A stretch of 63,628 bases of DNA, counting the filler, from Nanobdellota archaeon (GTDB lineage: Archaea > Nanobdellota > Nanobdellia > B33-G15), in NCBI GenBank assembly GCA_003660925.1. It is 8 parts of 8 records of this genome, joined end to end, with 100 filler letters (N's around TTAATTAATTAA, not from the genome) between each part and the next. Parts side by side here need not be neighbours in the genome. Positions count along the whole stretch, not along the records: positions 25,139 to 33,286 come from QMVD01000030.1; positions 33,387 to 41,457 come from QMVD01000031.1; 6 more parts are not named here. The stretch is one strand, 5' to 3'. Positions 31,786-41,557 of the stretch are shown here, in pieces. The notes below the pieces were generated by a model, which worked only from the letters and a program-made list of their open reading frames with translations, made no database searches and was not told the origin of the DNA. Both the position numbers and the translations under genes were made by a program. How positions within the stretch are numbered: the first letter of the stretch is position 1; every line of letters starts with the position of its first letter.

Positions 31786-32235
31786 ATGGAGGAAGTCAAA
31801 AAGACCCTCGCCGAGATCCTGGAGGGTCTTAAGATAATTGGCATGGACATACCCCACTTGGAGAACATCGTGAAGGAAAGAGAGGACAGCGAACTCGAAG
31901 TGGTGAAGCCCCTCAAAGCAAGTTACACACCAGAAGTGATAAGAGAAGCTTATGAGAGATATGGGTCCTTCGCTCTGAGGAGCCGTTCATTCGATTTCTC
32001 GCTTGAAGTGGAGGAGGGCTATTTGGTCCTGAAGTTCGACTTTCCCCCGACACAGGAGGCCATAAATTCGTTGAACTCGTTGAGGGGGATGCTCCCCGAT
32101 TACGAAGTGAAACCCCAACACAAGCAGGTGATGATCCCGGATGTGAGTGTGATGGGGGAGGTCTTTTACCTCCCATCTTTCTTGTTCTGGGTAGAGATCC
32201 ATAAGTCTTTGAAGGAGGAGCAACAAAAGAGTTAG
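31786..32235 (+). CDS. Hypothetical protein
   Basis: ORF with TTTTATA promoter-like element upstream. Confidence 0.6.
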   Translation: MEEVKKTLAEILEGLKIIGMDIPHLENIVKEREDSELEVVKPLKASYTPEVIREAYERYGSFALRSRSFDFSLEVEEGYLVLKFDFPPTQEAINSLNSLRGMLPDYEVKPQHKQVMIPDVSVMGEVFYLPSFLFWVEIHKSLKEEQQKS

Positions 32236-32331
32236 TTTCCTGAAGAACTTGGAGAAGGTCTTGAAAAAAACTAGTAGGATTTATTTCACTAACCTAAAAA
32301 AATTAAACCCAGTATTATACTTTAGAGAACG

Positions 32332-33153
32332 ATGAGATTGCAAGAGACACTCAAGACGAGGAAGCTGATAATTGGGGCATTACACTTCAAACCCTTACTC
32401 GGTTATGAGGGTTTCACCAATCTTTCTGACATCCTCAAGACCGCTTTAAAGGATTTAAGGGCCTTCGAGAGAGGAGGAGTAGATGCTGTCATAGTGGAAA
32501 ACAACTACGACATACCTCATAAGATATTCGTTGGTCCTGAAACGGTTTCCGCGATGACGTTTCTGACATTAAATATCGTTCAAAAGTCGAGGATACCAAT
32601 TGGTGTCAATGTACTTTGGAACGATTACAGGGCGGCGTTAAGTATCGCTAAGGTTTGTGGGGCAGAATTTGTCAGAATACCTGTTTTCGTCGACAACGTG
32701 AGAACGGATTTTGGAGACATCTATGGAGAGGCCGAGGAAGTCATTGAGTTCAGGGAGAGAATCAAAGCGAAAGATGTGCTCCTTTTCACGGATATCCAGG
32801 TGAAACACGCGAGGATGCTCAAGGAAAAAGAAATAGAAGAGTCGGCGAGGCAGGCAATCGCCTCTGGCTCTGATGCCCTGATAGTGACAGGAAGGTGGAC
32901 GGGAGAAGTACCAGATTTGAAGAAGTTGAGGAGGGTGAGGGAGGCTGTAGGGGATTTCCCCATACTAGTTGGCAGTGGGGCTAACAAGGACAACATAAGG
33001 GAACTCCTCAGGTACGCTGATGGCTGTATAGTTAGCACCTCTCTGAAGGAGGGTTCTAGAAGGAGGGACGAGAGAAACGTTAAACCTTATGAGTGTAGGA
33101 TTGATGAGAGGAAGGTTAAGGAGTTCGTGGAGGTGGTTCGCCAAGTCAGTTAA
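32332..33153 (+). CDS. BtpA/SgcQ family TIM-barrel protein
   Basis: GVDAVIVENNYDIP, GVNVLWND, DIQVKHA, DALIVTG and VGSG. Confidence 0.9.
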   Translation: MRLQETLKTRKLIIGALHFKPLLGYEGFTNLSDILKTALKDLRAFERGGVDAVIVENNYDIPHKIFVGPETVSAMTFLTLNIVQKSRIPIGVNVLWNDYRAALSIAKVCGAEFVRIPVFVDNVRTDFGDIYGEAEEVIEFRERIKAKDVLLFTDIQVKHARMLKEKEIEESARQAIASGSDALIVTGRWTGEVPDLKKLRRVREAVGDFPILVGSGANKDNIRELLRYADGCIVSTSLKEGSRRRDERNVKPYECRIDERKVKEFVEVVRQVS

Positions 33154-33154
33154 A

Positions 33155-33226
33155 CGCCCCGGGCAGGATTCGAACCTGCGATCTTCCGGTTAACAGCCGG
33201 ACGCTCTACCACTGAGCTACCGGGGC
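33155..33226 (-). tRNA. tRNA-Asn (GTT)
   Basis: GCCCCGG/CCGGGGC-G acceptor and TCCGG-CT GTT AA-CCGGA anticodon arm. Confidence 0.96.
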
Positions 33227-33386
33227 CTACTCTCAAGACTTGTTGACCATTTAAAAAGTTTAAAGCGAGCGAAAGTTATTTAAACTNNNNNNNNNNNNNN
33301 NNNNNNNNNNNNNNNNNNNNNNNNNNNNNNTTAATTAATTAANNNNNNNNNNNNNNNNNNNNNNNNNNNNNNNNNNNNNNNNNNNN

Positions 33387-33508
33387 TCATGGGCGGCAAG
33401 CTTCTCCACCCAGACACCCATATCTAAGACGACCACATCGTCTCCCACCCTAACCGCGGTCATGTTCCTTCCGATCTCCGAATATCCTCCGATCGCCCAG
33501 ATATCCAT
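33387..33508 (-). CDS. rnj: RNase J-family beta-CASP ribonuclease, N-terminal fragment
   Basis: MDIWAIGGYSEIGRNMTAVRVGDDVVVLDMG. Confidence 0.8.
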
Positions 33509-33580
33509 GGCTTTTCTAATTTTGACCCCTTTATTTACGTTTTGATTAAGCTTAAAAGCCGATGTGTCTACGAGGATTTC

Positions 33581-34250
33581 ATGGACTTAGAATACATCCT
33601 CTCCGAGATAGAGGAGGCCAAGAGAGTCATGAACGAGTTGGGATTGGAAGTGAACGTCAGCGAGGAGGACTTCGTCTTATCCTATTCTCCTTACTTCGAA
33701 TTCTGCTCCTTGACGGGCATCATCCAGATCCCCATGGGCGCGTGGGATATTTCCCCAGATAGCTCATGAGCTCACCCACAGGTTCTATTATGCCGAGGTG
33801 AGAGACCTCGAAAAGTGGAAAAGGAAGGTGAGAGAGGCTAAAATTCCTGCGAGCAAAGTGTTGACCTTGAGAGGAGAAGAGATACCTTCCCCTCTCGACA
33901 TCGCTTCTTATCTAGTACAGCAGGAAGACATAGAAGAACCTTTCCTGATCCACGGGGTAGACCTCACCGAGGGGCCAGCCCATTTAGTAGAACTATGGGC
34001 CCAAGGGGGGCTGGGGAGGATCGATGAGGACTTGGAGATGATGCTCTTCGAGCGAATACTCAAGTCATCCCCAAGACCAGTCAGCGATCCGCAATTCGCA
34101 TTCCTTCTCTCCTCTTACGTGAGCAACAAGTATCTTAACTTGGTAAATGAGGGGCTCTCCCCAAAGGAAGCTGTGAGTGAGGTCATCACCAAGTTCGACT
34201 TCGAAGGGATTAGGAAGTTGTCAGAGGAACTGTACGTCCGAACGTTTTAA
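33581..34250 (+). pseudogene. HExxH (zincin-like) protein split by a +1 frameshift near 33730-33733 (pseudogene, recoding or assembly error)
   Basis: Removing one C from the C4 run joins ...GIIQIP to WARGIFPQIAHELTHRFYY..., continuing into ORF 33798-34250. Confidence 0.6.
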
Positions 34251-34274
34251 ATTTCCTCCTTCTCCTTTTCAAGC

Positions 34275-34703
34275 ATGAAGATATGTGTGGTGTGCAAGCA
34301 CGGCGTCTTCAGAAGTCCTGTCTTGGCATATGTCTTGAGGAAGTTCGGGGTCAACGCGTTCGCCAGAGGGCTGAGCGAGAAGTATGCGGGCATGTCTCCT
34401 CTGAAAGTAGATGTCATAAGAGAATCCGCGACCAAGTTTGGGGTAGACTTATCCGATTATAAGGTAGAGACCCTGAAGAAGGAAGACGTCGCGAGTTCGG
34501 ACTTGATCCTCTCTTTTGAAAGCTCCTTGAAGGGTGAAATCATCAAGAGGTTCCCCAAGGCAAAGGGAAAAACTTTCACGATTGGCGAGATCCTAGGTGA
34601 AAACATGGAGATACCCGACTTAAAGGGGAAAAGTCTAGAGGAATTTGAAGAGTTCATCCGGAATTGTTTTGAGATCGCGAAGCGCATCATGTCACGTATT
34701 TAA
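34275..34703 (+). CDS. Low-molecular-weight phosphatase / ArsC-like protein
   Basis: N-terminal CKHGVFRS (Cx5RS), SDLIL and EIPDL. Confidence 0.8.
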   Translation: MKICVVCKHGVFRSPVLAYVLRKFGVNAFARGLSEKYAGMSPLKVDVIRESATKFGVDLSDYKVETLKKEDVASSDLILSFESSLKGEIIKRFPKAKGKTFTIGEILGENMEIPDLKGKSLEEFEEFIRNCFEIAKRIMSRI

Positions 34704-34725
34704 ATCCGACACATTAAGTAAGAGC

Positions 34726-34917
34726 ATGAGGATGGACGATATCCTGAAGGAATGGTATGCTGGGGATGTGAAGAGGTTGGTCATAACAGTGAGGGACGGG
34801 AAAGGGGAGAGAAGAATAAAGGGGGAAGAGATAACCGCGGTGAGGAAGGACGGGTTTTACCTGAAGGACGCCTTCATACCAGCCCACAGGATCATCCGCA
34901 TAGAGAAAGTTTTTTAG
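34726..34917 (+). CDS. DUF504 / MJ1316-like small protein
   Basis: C-terminal FIPAHRIIRI. Confidence 0.7.
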   Translation: MRMDDILKEWYAGDVKRLVITVRDGKGERRIKGEEITAVRKDGFYLKDAFIPAHRIIRIEKVF

Positions 34918-34939
34918 CGCCCCCTTCTTCTTCGGCCTT

Positions 34940-36577
34940 ATGAGGTTTGAGGTGAAGGACAGGGACTTGTGCGCTAGGCTGGGGAAGGTCAAGATAGGGT
35001 CAAAGAGCATGGAGACCCCAGCCATATTCCCTGTCATCAAGAAGAGGGGGGAGGAACTGAAGAAGATGGGCTTTCAAGGCGTGATAATGAACGCCTACTT
35101 CCTCCTGAAGGAAGGTTTCAAAGGGGACGTTCACCGATTCTTCGATGGGATCGTCATGACGGATTCTGGAGCATATCAGCTCATGCTCTACGGAGGGCTG
35201 GAGGTGAGTAATCGAGAGATCATAGACTACCAGGTGAAGATAGAGAGCGACATAGGGATCATCTTGGACGTCCCTTCCTACGGGGAATATGAGGAGGTCA
35301 AGAAGGGGGTCGTGGAGACGTTCAGGAGGGCGAGGGAGTGGAAGGAGTTGAGCCCTCCGGGGAACTGGGCAGGTCCCATCCAAGGAGCAACTTATCCCGA
35401 CCTCTTGAGGAAATCCGCCAAGTTCATGAGATCTCTGGACTTTGACATGTATGCCGTGGGCTCCGTGGTCCCTTACCTGATCAATTACGACTTCCTCTCC
35501 GTGATTAAGCAAGGCATGACCGTCCTCCCCCTCCTCCCGAGGAACAAACCAGTCCATTGTTTTGGGGCTGGACTCCCCATGATCATGCCCTTCTTGGTGG
35601 CCATAGGGTATGACACCTTTGACTCCGCCAGCTATGCCCTCTACGCGAGGGAAGGAAGATACATGACGAGGTACGGGACGAGGAAGATAAGCGAACTGAA
35701 GGAACTCCCTTGCAATTGTCCCATCTGCTCTTCCCATGACGTGAGCGAGATGGATGAGGAGGCTATTGCGGAGCATAACCTGTGGGTTCTTTCCCAGACC
35801 ATGAAGGAGATCAGACAGGCGATAAGGGAGGGGAGATTGTTCGAGCTCATGTGCCAATACGCCATGTCCCACCCTAAACTTTTAGAGGCCTTTAAGTTCA
35901 TGGTGAGGAGGGGGAAGTATTTCTGGAAGGATGACCCTGTGAGGAAAAGGAAAGCCATCTTCTATTTAGGATTCAGGAGGCCTGAAGTCGAGAGGGCGAA
36001 GAGGAGGGCGAAGGAAAGGCTGGGGAGGATGAGCCCAGCACTTTCCATGGTCTACCCTTTCAACGCTGAGGGAACGAGGTTCGAATTCGAAGAGAAAGAG
36101 CTGAGCGATTACGAGCTGATAAGGGACATATCCCTCTATCAGTTCGGCGTGAACATCTTCCCCAAAAACGTCAAGATAGAGAAGGGGGGGACGGGGAGGA
36201 TAAGGAGGATTTATTTTAAAGGGGAATTACTGGCCACCCTGAGGAACGATGGGTTCTTCTCCCTGAAGATGGGAGGGGCAAGGTTGTTCCACGAGAAGGT
36301 TAAAGGATATAGGGTCGTGGTCGAGAGAGATGTGAAGGAAGTGATCAAGAAGGGAGGGAACGTGTTCGCGAAGTTCGTCCGAGATGTCAAGGGAGAAATC
36401 CTACCAAGGGAGGAAGTCTTGGTAGTGGACGAGAAGGACGAACTGCTCGCCGTTGGCACCTCTTTATTGAACTCGAGAGAGATGAAGGAGTTCGATTACG
36501 GCTTGGCGGTCAAGGTGAGGGATAGCTCCTCCCCTTCTTCTGCTTCTAGAAAACCCGGAGGGCATTCTAAGACGTAG
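34940..36577 (+). CDS. tgtA: Archaeosine tRNA-guanine(15) transglycosylase with PUA domain
   Basis: MTDSGAYQL, HCFGAG, DTFDSASY, CNCPIC...HN Zn site, and C-terminal PUA (NVFAKFV, GLAVKVR). Confidence 0.93.
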   Translation: MRFEVKDRDLCARLGKVKIGSKSMETPAIFPVIKKRGEELKKMGFQGVIMNAYFLLKEGFKGDVHRFFDGIVMTDSGAYQLMLYGGLEVSNREIIDYQVKIESDIGIILDVPSYGEYEEVKKGVVETFRRAREWKELSPPGNWAGPIQGATYPDLLRKSAKFMRSLDFDMYAVGSVVPYLINYDFLSVIKQGMTVLPLLPRNKPVHCFGAGLPMIMPFLVAIGYDTFDSASYALYAREGRYMTRYGTRKISELKELPCNCPICSSHDVSEMDEEAIAEHNLWVLSQTMKEIRQAIREGRLFELMCQYAMSHPKLLEAFKFMVRRGKYFWKDDPVRKRKAIFYLGFRRPEVERAKRRAKERLGRMSPALSMVYPFNAEGTRFEFEEKELSDYELIRDISLYQFGVNIFPKNVKIEKGGTGRIRRIYFKGELLATLRNDGFFSLKMGGARLFHEKVKGYRVVVERDVKEVIKKGGNVFAKFVRDVKGEILPREEVLVVDEKDELLAVGTSLLNSREMKEFDYGLAVKVRDSSSPSSASRKPGGHSKT

Positions 36578-36828
36578 TCCGCTTCCGTTCCCAAGTAAAG
36601 CCTAAAGGGTTTGGTCCTCACCCTCTTCACCACTTTGTTATCCTTCACCCAGAACACGTCTATCTCGTGAAAAACGAAGAAGGTGTGTATGTCCGTCCTG
36701 CCCTTGGAGACTAAGGCTATGGGTTTTGGTGATTTAAACATGAGCCCGAGATAGGTGAGCAAACCATCATATACTTCGAAAGCCTTCCCGTTCACCCTCA
36801 AAACCTTTTTATTCCCCACCTTCTTCAT
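36496..36828 (-). CDS. DUF192 family protein
   Basis: GLMF...IHTFFV..IDV...YVLE; start position uncertain. Confidence 0.7.
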   Translation of the reverse strand: MKKVGNKKVLRVNGKAFEVYDGLLTYLGLMFKSPKPIALVSKGRTDIHTFFVFHEIDVFWVKDNKVVKRVRTKPFRLYLGTEADYVLECPPGFLEAEEGEELSLTLTAKP

Positions 36829-36853
36829 ATCCCTTGTAACAAATAAAAAGGTG

Positions 36854-37282
36854 ATGGCCATGTTTTGGGACATATTCGAGGAAATGGAAAGGATGAGGAG
36901 GGAGATGGACAGGATCATGAGGGAGATGTGGAGGAGAGGCGTCGGCGAGATCAGGGAACCCCTCACGGACTTTGTGGACGCAGGGGACTCCATAATCATA
37001 AGGATGGAGATCCCAGGGGTGAGCAAGAAGGACATAAGCATAAACCTGACGGAGGACACTTTGGAAGTCAGGGCTGAGAAGAAGAAGAGGAAGGAGGTAG
37101 TGAAGGAAGGGTATTACAGGAGGGAGATGAGTCACAAGGGGTTCATGACCACCAGGATACTCCCGGTCAAGGTGATCCCAGAGACAGCAAAGGCGCACTA
37201 CGAGGACGGGATCTTGGAGATCCAAGTGAAGAAGGCGGAAGCAGAGAAGAAAAAGAAAGGGGTGAAGGTGAAGATAGACTAA
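36854..37282 (+). CDS. hsp20: Small heat shock protein (Hsp20)
   Basis: EIPGVSKKDI and AKAHYEDGILEI alpha-crystallin motifs. Confidence 0.93.
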   Translation: MAMFWDIFEEMERMRREMDRIMREMWRRGVGEIREPLTDFVDAGDSIIIRMEIPGVSKKDISINLTEDTLEVRAEKKKRKEVVKEGYYRREMSHKGFMTTRILPVKVIPETAKAHYEDGILEIQVKKAEAEKKKKGVKVKID

Positions 37283-37395
37283 CCGATATAATACTTTATT
37301 TTTTCTTCCACTTCTTCTTCTGACTCCTCGTCGAGGTCGTAGAAAACCTCTTCCTCCTCTTCGATCTCTGGCTCATCGAAGAAATATTCCGGCAC
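37279..37395 (-). CDS. 38-aa hyper-acidic peptide (not in ORF track)
   Basis: GTG start 15 nt after the MEMO1 gene; MPEYFFDEPEIEEEEEVFYDLDEESEEEVEEKIKYYIG fills the gap exactly. Confidence 0.5.
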   Translation of the reverse strand: MPEYFFDEPEIEEEEEVFYDLDEESEEEVEEKIKYYIG

Positions 37396-37409
37396 GTTGA
37401 ATTCCCTAT

Positions 37410-38186
37410 TCATACGAACACCACGCTCCCGTATCCCACGAAGTTTATGCTCCTGATGATATCAGCACTCGTGTAGTATTTTAAAACTTTCCCCCTGAGC
37501 CCTTCCTTCTTCACCATGTACAGCAGTGTGGCTATGGGGAGATATCCGCAGATGGTGGTCTGCTCCGCGACCTCCAAGAACTTCCTCACGTTCACCTCTT
37601 CGATTGCTTTCAGCGCCAGCTTGTCCAGGTCCTTGGGCCCGAAAAAACCGTAAGCTGGACCGTAGTGGGTGAAGTCAGAGCTCGCGATGACCGAGAAATC
37701 CCTTCCTTTCAACAATCTCATCAGCTCCTTAGCGAGCTCCCTTGGGTTAGCGTCTCTCACGCTTATGGGGAGGATCTTGAAGCCCTTAAAGTAATACTGC
37801 AAGAAGGGGAGCTGGACCTCTATGGAATGCTCATACCTATGGGCCTCCTCATCTATCCCTATCTTTTCCGCGAGCTCCTTGTCCGTTTTCACGATCCCCA
37901 AAGGGGTCTCCCAGTCCTCCCCACTCGCCCCATAGCCTCTTCCGTACCCTGTGTGATTCGTCCCCAGGATCACGTAGAGCTTGCTCTCCTTCAGGTTCTT
38001 GTAGGTGTGGGTGGCACAGGGTCCGGAATACATGTAACCCGCGTGGGGAACTATCCCATACTTAGCGTTCAATCCCCCCTTCTTCGCCCCAAGCTCGTGT
38101 TCCTCGCACCACTTTATCATCCTCTTTAACTCATCCTTCTCTCCAGGGTAAAAGGTCCCAGCGACGACGGGTTTTCTCATATTCAT
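37410..38186 (-). CDS. MEMO1 family protein (AmmeMemoRadiSam protein B)
   Basis: PHAGYMYSG, EHSIEVQLPFLQ, ASSDFTHYG and TICG. Confidence 0.93.
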   Translation of the reverse strand: MNMRKPVVAGTFYPGEKDELKRMIKWCEEHELGAKKGGLNAKYGIVPHAGYMYSGPCATHTYKNLKESKLYVILGTNHTGYGRGYGASGEDWETPLGIVKTDKELAEKIGIDEEAHRYEHSIEVQLPFLQYYFKGFKILPISVRDANPRELAKELMRLLKGRDFSVIASSDFTHYGPAYGFFGPKDLDKLALKAIEEVNVRKFLEVAEQTTICGYLPIATLLYMVKKEGLRGKVLKYYTSADIIRSINFVGYGSVVFV

Positions 38187-38214
38187 CCTTCTCTTTCCCA
38201 GAAGAAAAATCTTC

Positions 38215-38808
38215 CTATTCCCCCATGAACTCCTCGACCTTATAGGGGAACTCCTTATCAGACTTTATCTTCCCCTTTGCCTTCAAGAATTCCCTGGCTA
38301 TGATCCAGAGCATGGTAGCCAACGCCTTCCTCCCCTTGTTATTCCCAGGGATGACTAGGTCCACGTTGTTAGGGGTGTTGTTGGTGTCGCATATAGCCAC
38401 GACTGGGATGTTTACCTTCACAGCGTCCTCTATCGCGTTCCTGTCCACCCAAGGGTCACACGCGAAGAGGACCTTCGCCTCTTTGTAGAAGGTATAGGAG
38501 GTGTTGGTTAGGGTCCCTGGCAGGTATCTTCCAGGCACGGCGTTCATGCCCGTCACTTTTCCCAACATCCTGACCGCGTTTATCCCATTCTCCCTCCTGC
38601 AGACCACCATTATGTCCTCTGGCTCGTACCTTGAGAGGAACTTCACGGCTATCCTTAACCTCTCATCTATCTTATTGGCGTTGAAGAGTGCCAAACCATC
38701 TGGCCTTATCTTGTATATGAACTCCTCCATGTATTTGGTTTTGAACTTCGAGCCTATCCTTATCCCAGAGGAAAGGTACGTCTCCAGTGGTACCAACAGC
38801 TTGCCCAT
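38215..38808 (-). CDS. rps2: 30S ribosomal protein uS2
   Basis: GRYLPGTLTN, CDTNN and VIPGNNKG. Confidence 0.96.
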   Translation of the reverse strand: MGKLLVPLETYLSSGIRIGSKFKTKYMEEFIYKIRPDGLALFNANKIDERLRIAVKFLSRYEPEDIMVVCRRENGINAVRMLGKVTGMNAVPGRYLPGTLTNTSYTFYKEAKVLFACDPWVDRNAIEDAVKVNIPVVAICDTNNTPNNVDLVIPGNNKGRKALATMLWIIAREFLKAKGKIKSDKEFPYKVEEFMGE

Positions 38809-38832
38809 GTCCAAGAAAACAAGGAACCCCTT

Positions 38833-39258
38833 TTAAAAGTTTTGCAGCTCACTTAAGTACTTCCTCACCAACTCCTCTTTCATCCTAAAAGTTTTCCTTA
38901 TGATTTCTTTACCCTGTTCGAAATCGACCTTAATGCCGTAGTAATTGATGTTGTTCCTTACATAGCGTAGCCTGTCAAATGCCTTGTAATTGAAGTCCTC
39001 TAACAACTCGTTCAATAATTCACCAACACATGCGTGAGAGAGAACTTTGTACCCATTAAGTACACATATCGCCTCAAGTACCTGTCGCAAAGCGTCGTAG
39101 GCGAGCGAGATATAGGCCGAGATGTTCAACTCATCTAGTTGAGCGGTTTTGACGGTTCTTTCTTTGATGTTAGCCATCTCCAGCAGGGATCTAGCAAGCC
39201 CTCTGTTCCTCTTCGTTCTTTTGATCAAACCCTTTCTAAAACACTCATCTAAATCCAT
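38833..39258 (-). CDS. HEPN domain protein (toxin candidate)
   Basis: AY..LR..LEA...GY...SH and RNNINYY; directly downstream of an MNT gene. Confidence 0.75.
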   Translation of the reverse strand: MDLDECFRKGLIKRTKRNRGLARSLLEMANIKERTVKTAQLDELNISAYISLAYDALRQVLEAICVLNGYKVLSHACVGELLNELLEDFNYKAFDRLRYVRNNINYYGIKVDFEQGKEIIRKTFRMKEELVRKYLSELQNF

Positions 39259-39773
39259 TTCACTTCGCCTTGGAGCACGATACCATTGAGTACGCTATTC
39301 ATGAGGTATTCATTCCTTAGGTCCTTAACGTTCCTCACCACAAATAATTGTAATTTTCTGTTCAGTCTCTTCTCAAATTTTGACAATTCAGGGAAAGTTT
39401 CCCTTTTTTCGGAGATCACGAGCAAGTCGAAATCGCTGTCCTCAGTATCAAGTCCGTGAGCAGCGGATCCAAACAAGACGACAGTTGGTTTGAGATAAAA
39501 CTTGTTGAGGGCGGGGAGCAACCCAGAACTTTTAACCTTCCTCAGGTTGTAGAAGAGCTTTAGATCCCTGTAGAATTCGCTTTCTAAGTTTGCTCTGAAC
39601 AGCTTCAATGTCCTTTCCTTCCTCTCTTTTAGGATGCCTTCCTTCGCGAACACCTTGAGTTGCTTACTCGCAGTAGCTGGCGAGATTCTGAGGATCCTCG
39701 CCACTTCCCTCACGTTGAACTCTCTGGTAGGTTCTTCAAAGAAAATCCTTAGTGTGTTCAATTCTTTGAACAT
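39249..39773 (-). CDS. HTH + minimal nucleotidyltransferase (MNT antitoxin)
   Basis: VREVARILRISPATAS HTH and LFGSAAHG...SDFDLLVI. Confidence 0.85.
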   Translation of the reverse strand: MFKELNTLRIFFEEPTREFNVREVARILRISPATASKQLKVFAKEGILKERKERTLKLFRANLESEFYRDLKLFYNLRKVKSSGLLPALNKFYLKPTVVLFGSAAHGLDTEDSDFDLLVISEKRETFPELSKFEKRLNRKLQLFVVRNVKDLRNEYLMNSVLNGIVLQGEVKWI

Positions 39774-39774
39774 A

Positions 39775-39792
39775 TGTTTATTTTCTTAAACA
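39775..39792. promoter_or_regulatory. Inverted repeat TGTTTA-N6-TAAACA, candidate MNT autoregulatory operator
   Basis: Abuts the MNT start codon, between it and a TTTTAAA element. Confidence 0.5.
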
Positions 39793-39881
39793 ATATTTTT
39801 AAAACATTCGATTCCATTTCCAATGCCAAGGCAGAGGCTTGAAAGGAAAAAGATATATCCCCCCAATTTTAAGGAAAAAGC

Positions 39882-40952
39882 ATGCGCATCAAAGAGGTGA
39901 AGCTCAGGAAAGTCCTGAACTCCTTTGCCAAACCCACTTTGGAAGTGGAGGTCAATGGCGTCTTCTCATCCCTCCCCTCCGGCACGAGCAAGAGCAAGCA
40001 CGAGATTGGAGATGTGGACGTGGATTCCGTCCTGAGGAGATTTCCCGTGAGATCTCTGATCGGGAAGGAGGTCAACGATCTGAGAGACATACTCGAGGTG
40101 GAGAAAGAGTTCTTGAGGTATGGGAACGCTGCTTTGGCCCTATCCCTTTCCCTCGTGAAGGCCTTGGCTAGGGAGGAAGGGAAGAAACCCTATGAGTTAT
40201 TCGGGAAGAAAGGAAGGCCCATCCCCTTGGTCAAGATAGTCGGAGGGGGAAAACACGCGAGGGGACCGGACATCCAAGAGTTCCTCGTCTTCCCTAAGAG
40301 GAGAAACCCCAAAAGCATATTTCTCTGCTCCGAGTTCTTCCATCATGTTGGAAAAATCCTCAGGGAGAAGAAAACCCTTTTCGGGAGGGACCTTGAAGGG
40401 GGTTGGGTCACTTCCCTCAAGGACTTGGAGGTCTTGAAATTATTAAGGGAAGAGATAGATGAGGGAGGGTTCAAGTTGGAACTCGGGGTAGACATCGCAG
40501 CGAGCTCCCTCTTCGATGGAAAATATCACCTCATGGGGACCAAGGGAAGGGAAGAGATGATGAAGTTCGTCAGATCCCTGATGAAGGATTACGACTTGAA
40601 GTACGTTGAGGACCCCTTGGAAGAGGAGGACTATGATGGTTTTCGAGAACTCTCCAAAGAAGGATTCGTGTGCGGGGACGACATATTCGCCACGAACCCC
40701 GAGAGGTTGAGGCCCGTGGCTAGGGCAGCCATAGTCAAGCCCAATCAGGTGGGTTCTTTGGAAAAGACAATAGAGTTCGTTGAGAAGGTCAGGGAGCTTA
40801 ACATGATGCCCATCATGTCCCATCGCTCTCAAGATACGGAGGACCCTATTTTGACGCATCTCGCCATTGGCTTGGGCATTCCCATGATAAAGATAGGGAT
40901 CTCTGGAGGGGAAAGGACAGCCAAGTTGAACGAGCTCCTCAGGGTCTCTTGA
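39882..40952 (+). CDS. eno: Enolase (compact, divergent)
   Basis: PSGTS, GGKHA, IQEF, DIAAS, EDP, GDD, KPNQVG, SHRS and [10 protein letters not shown]. Confidence 0.88.
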   Translation: MRIKEVKLRKVLNSFAKPTLEVEVNGVFSSLPSGTSKSKHEIGDVDVDSVLRRFPVRSLIGKEVNDLRDILEVEKEFLRYGNAALALSLSLVKALAREEGKKPYELFGKKGRPIPLVKIVGGGKHARGPDIQEFLVFPKRRNPKSIFLCSEFFHHVGKILREKKTLFGRDLEGGWVTSLKDLEVLKLLREEIDEGGFKLELGVDIAASSLFDGKYHLMGTKGREEMMKFVRSLMKDYDLKYVEDPLEEEDYDGFRELSKEGFVCGDDIFATNPERLRPVARAAIVKPNQVGSLEKTIEFVEKVRELNMMPIMSHRSQDTEDPILTHLAIGLGIPMIKIGISGGERTAKLNELLRVS

Positions 40953-41109
40953 CGGTTATGGGCAAGACACCCTTCTCGAACTCCATCTTCGCCAGCTCTA
41001 TGGTGTTATAAACGTCTTTAGGCCTCTTTATCAGTAAAGGGGCACCCATGCTTATCTGGAGCGCCCTCGCCCCTATAATCCGGGCGATCTCATATTTCGT
41101 GTACTTCAT
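40939..41109 (-). CDS. rpoK: RNA polymerase subunit Rpo6/K (not in ORF track)
   Basis: [24 protein letters not shown]...[10 protein letters not shown]. Confidence 0.95.
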   Translation of the reverse strand: MKYTKYEIARIIGARALQISMGAPLLIKRPKDVYNTIELAKMEFEKGVLPITVKRP

Positions 41110-41457
41110 GGCATCGCCTTCAACAGGCTTTTCCTGTGCTTAAAAGCCATGTCCACTATTTTTAAGATTTCCTCCTGACTTAGGACACCTTCCCCTCCCT
41201 TTTGCATCGCGTGTATCTCCTTATCGCTCACGCTCGCCGTCAACCTGGCATCCGCCACCTTCTCCTCGTCCCTACAGGGATCGGGGAGGAGGTAGTTCCC
41301 TATCTTGACCGCGGTCAAGGTTGTGGGGACACAGGTTATGGGGAGCTTCTTCTTGGTCTTCTCTCCATACACCACCTTCCCTTCCTCCAGCTTCGGGAAG
41401 CGGGCGTCCTTCAGGGCGGCGACAGCCCCCAAGGCAGCAGCATCTATGAGGTTGCCA
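41106..41457 (-). CDS. rrp42: Exosome subunit Rrp42, 5'-truncated
   Basis: [20 protein letters not shown] and AMQKGG. Confidence 0.88.
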
Positions 41458-41557
41458 NNNNNNNNNNNNNNNNNNNNNNNNNNNNNNNNNNNNNNNNNNN
41501 NTTAATTAATTAANNNNNNNNNNNNNNNNNNNNNNNNNNNNNNNNNNNNNNNNNNNN

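Noticed and set aside
32332..33153. BtpA as evidence of photosynthesis
   Set aside because: BtpA/SgcQ proteins are common in non-phototrophic archaea and bacteria.
36496..36577. 82-nt convergent overlap of tgtA and the DUF192 gene
   Set aside because: The tgtA tail after the PUA domain is low-information read-through, common in compact genomes.
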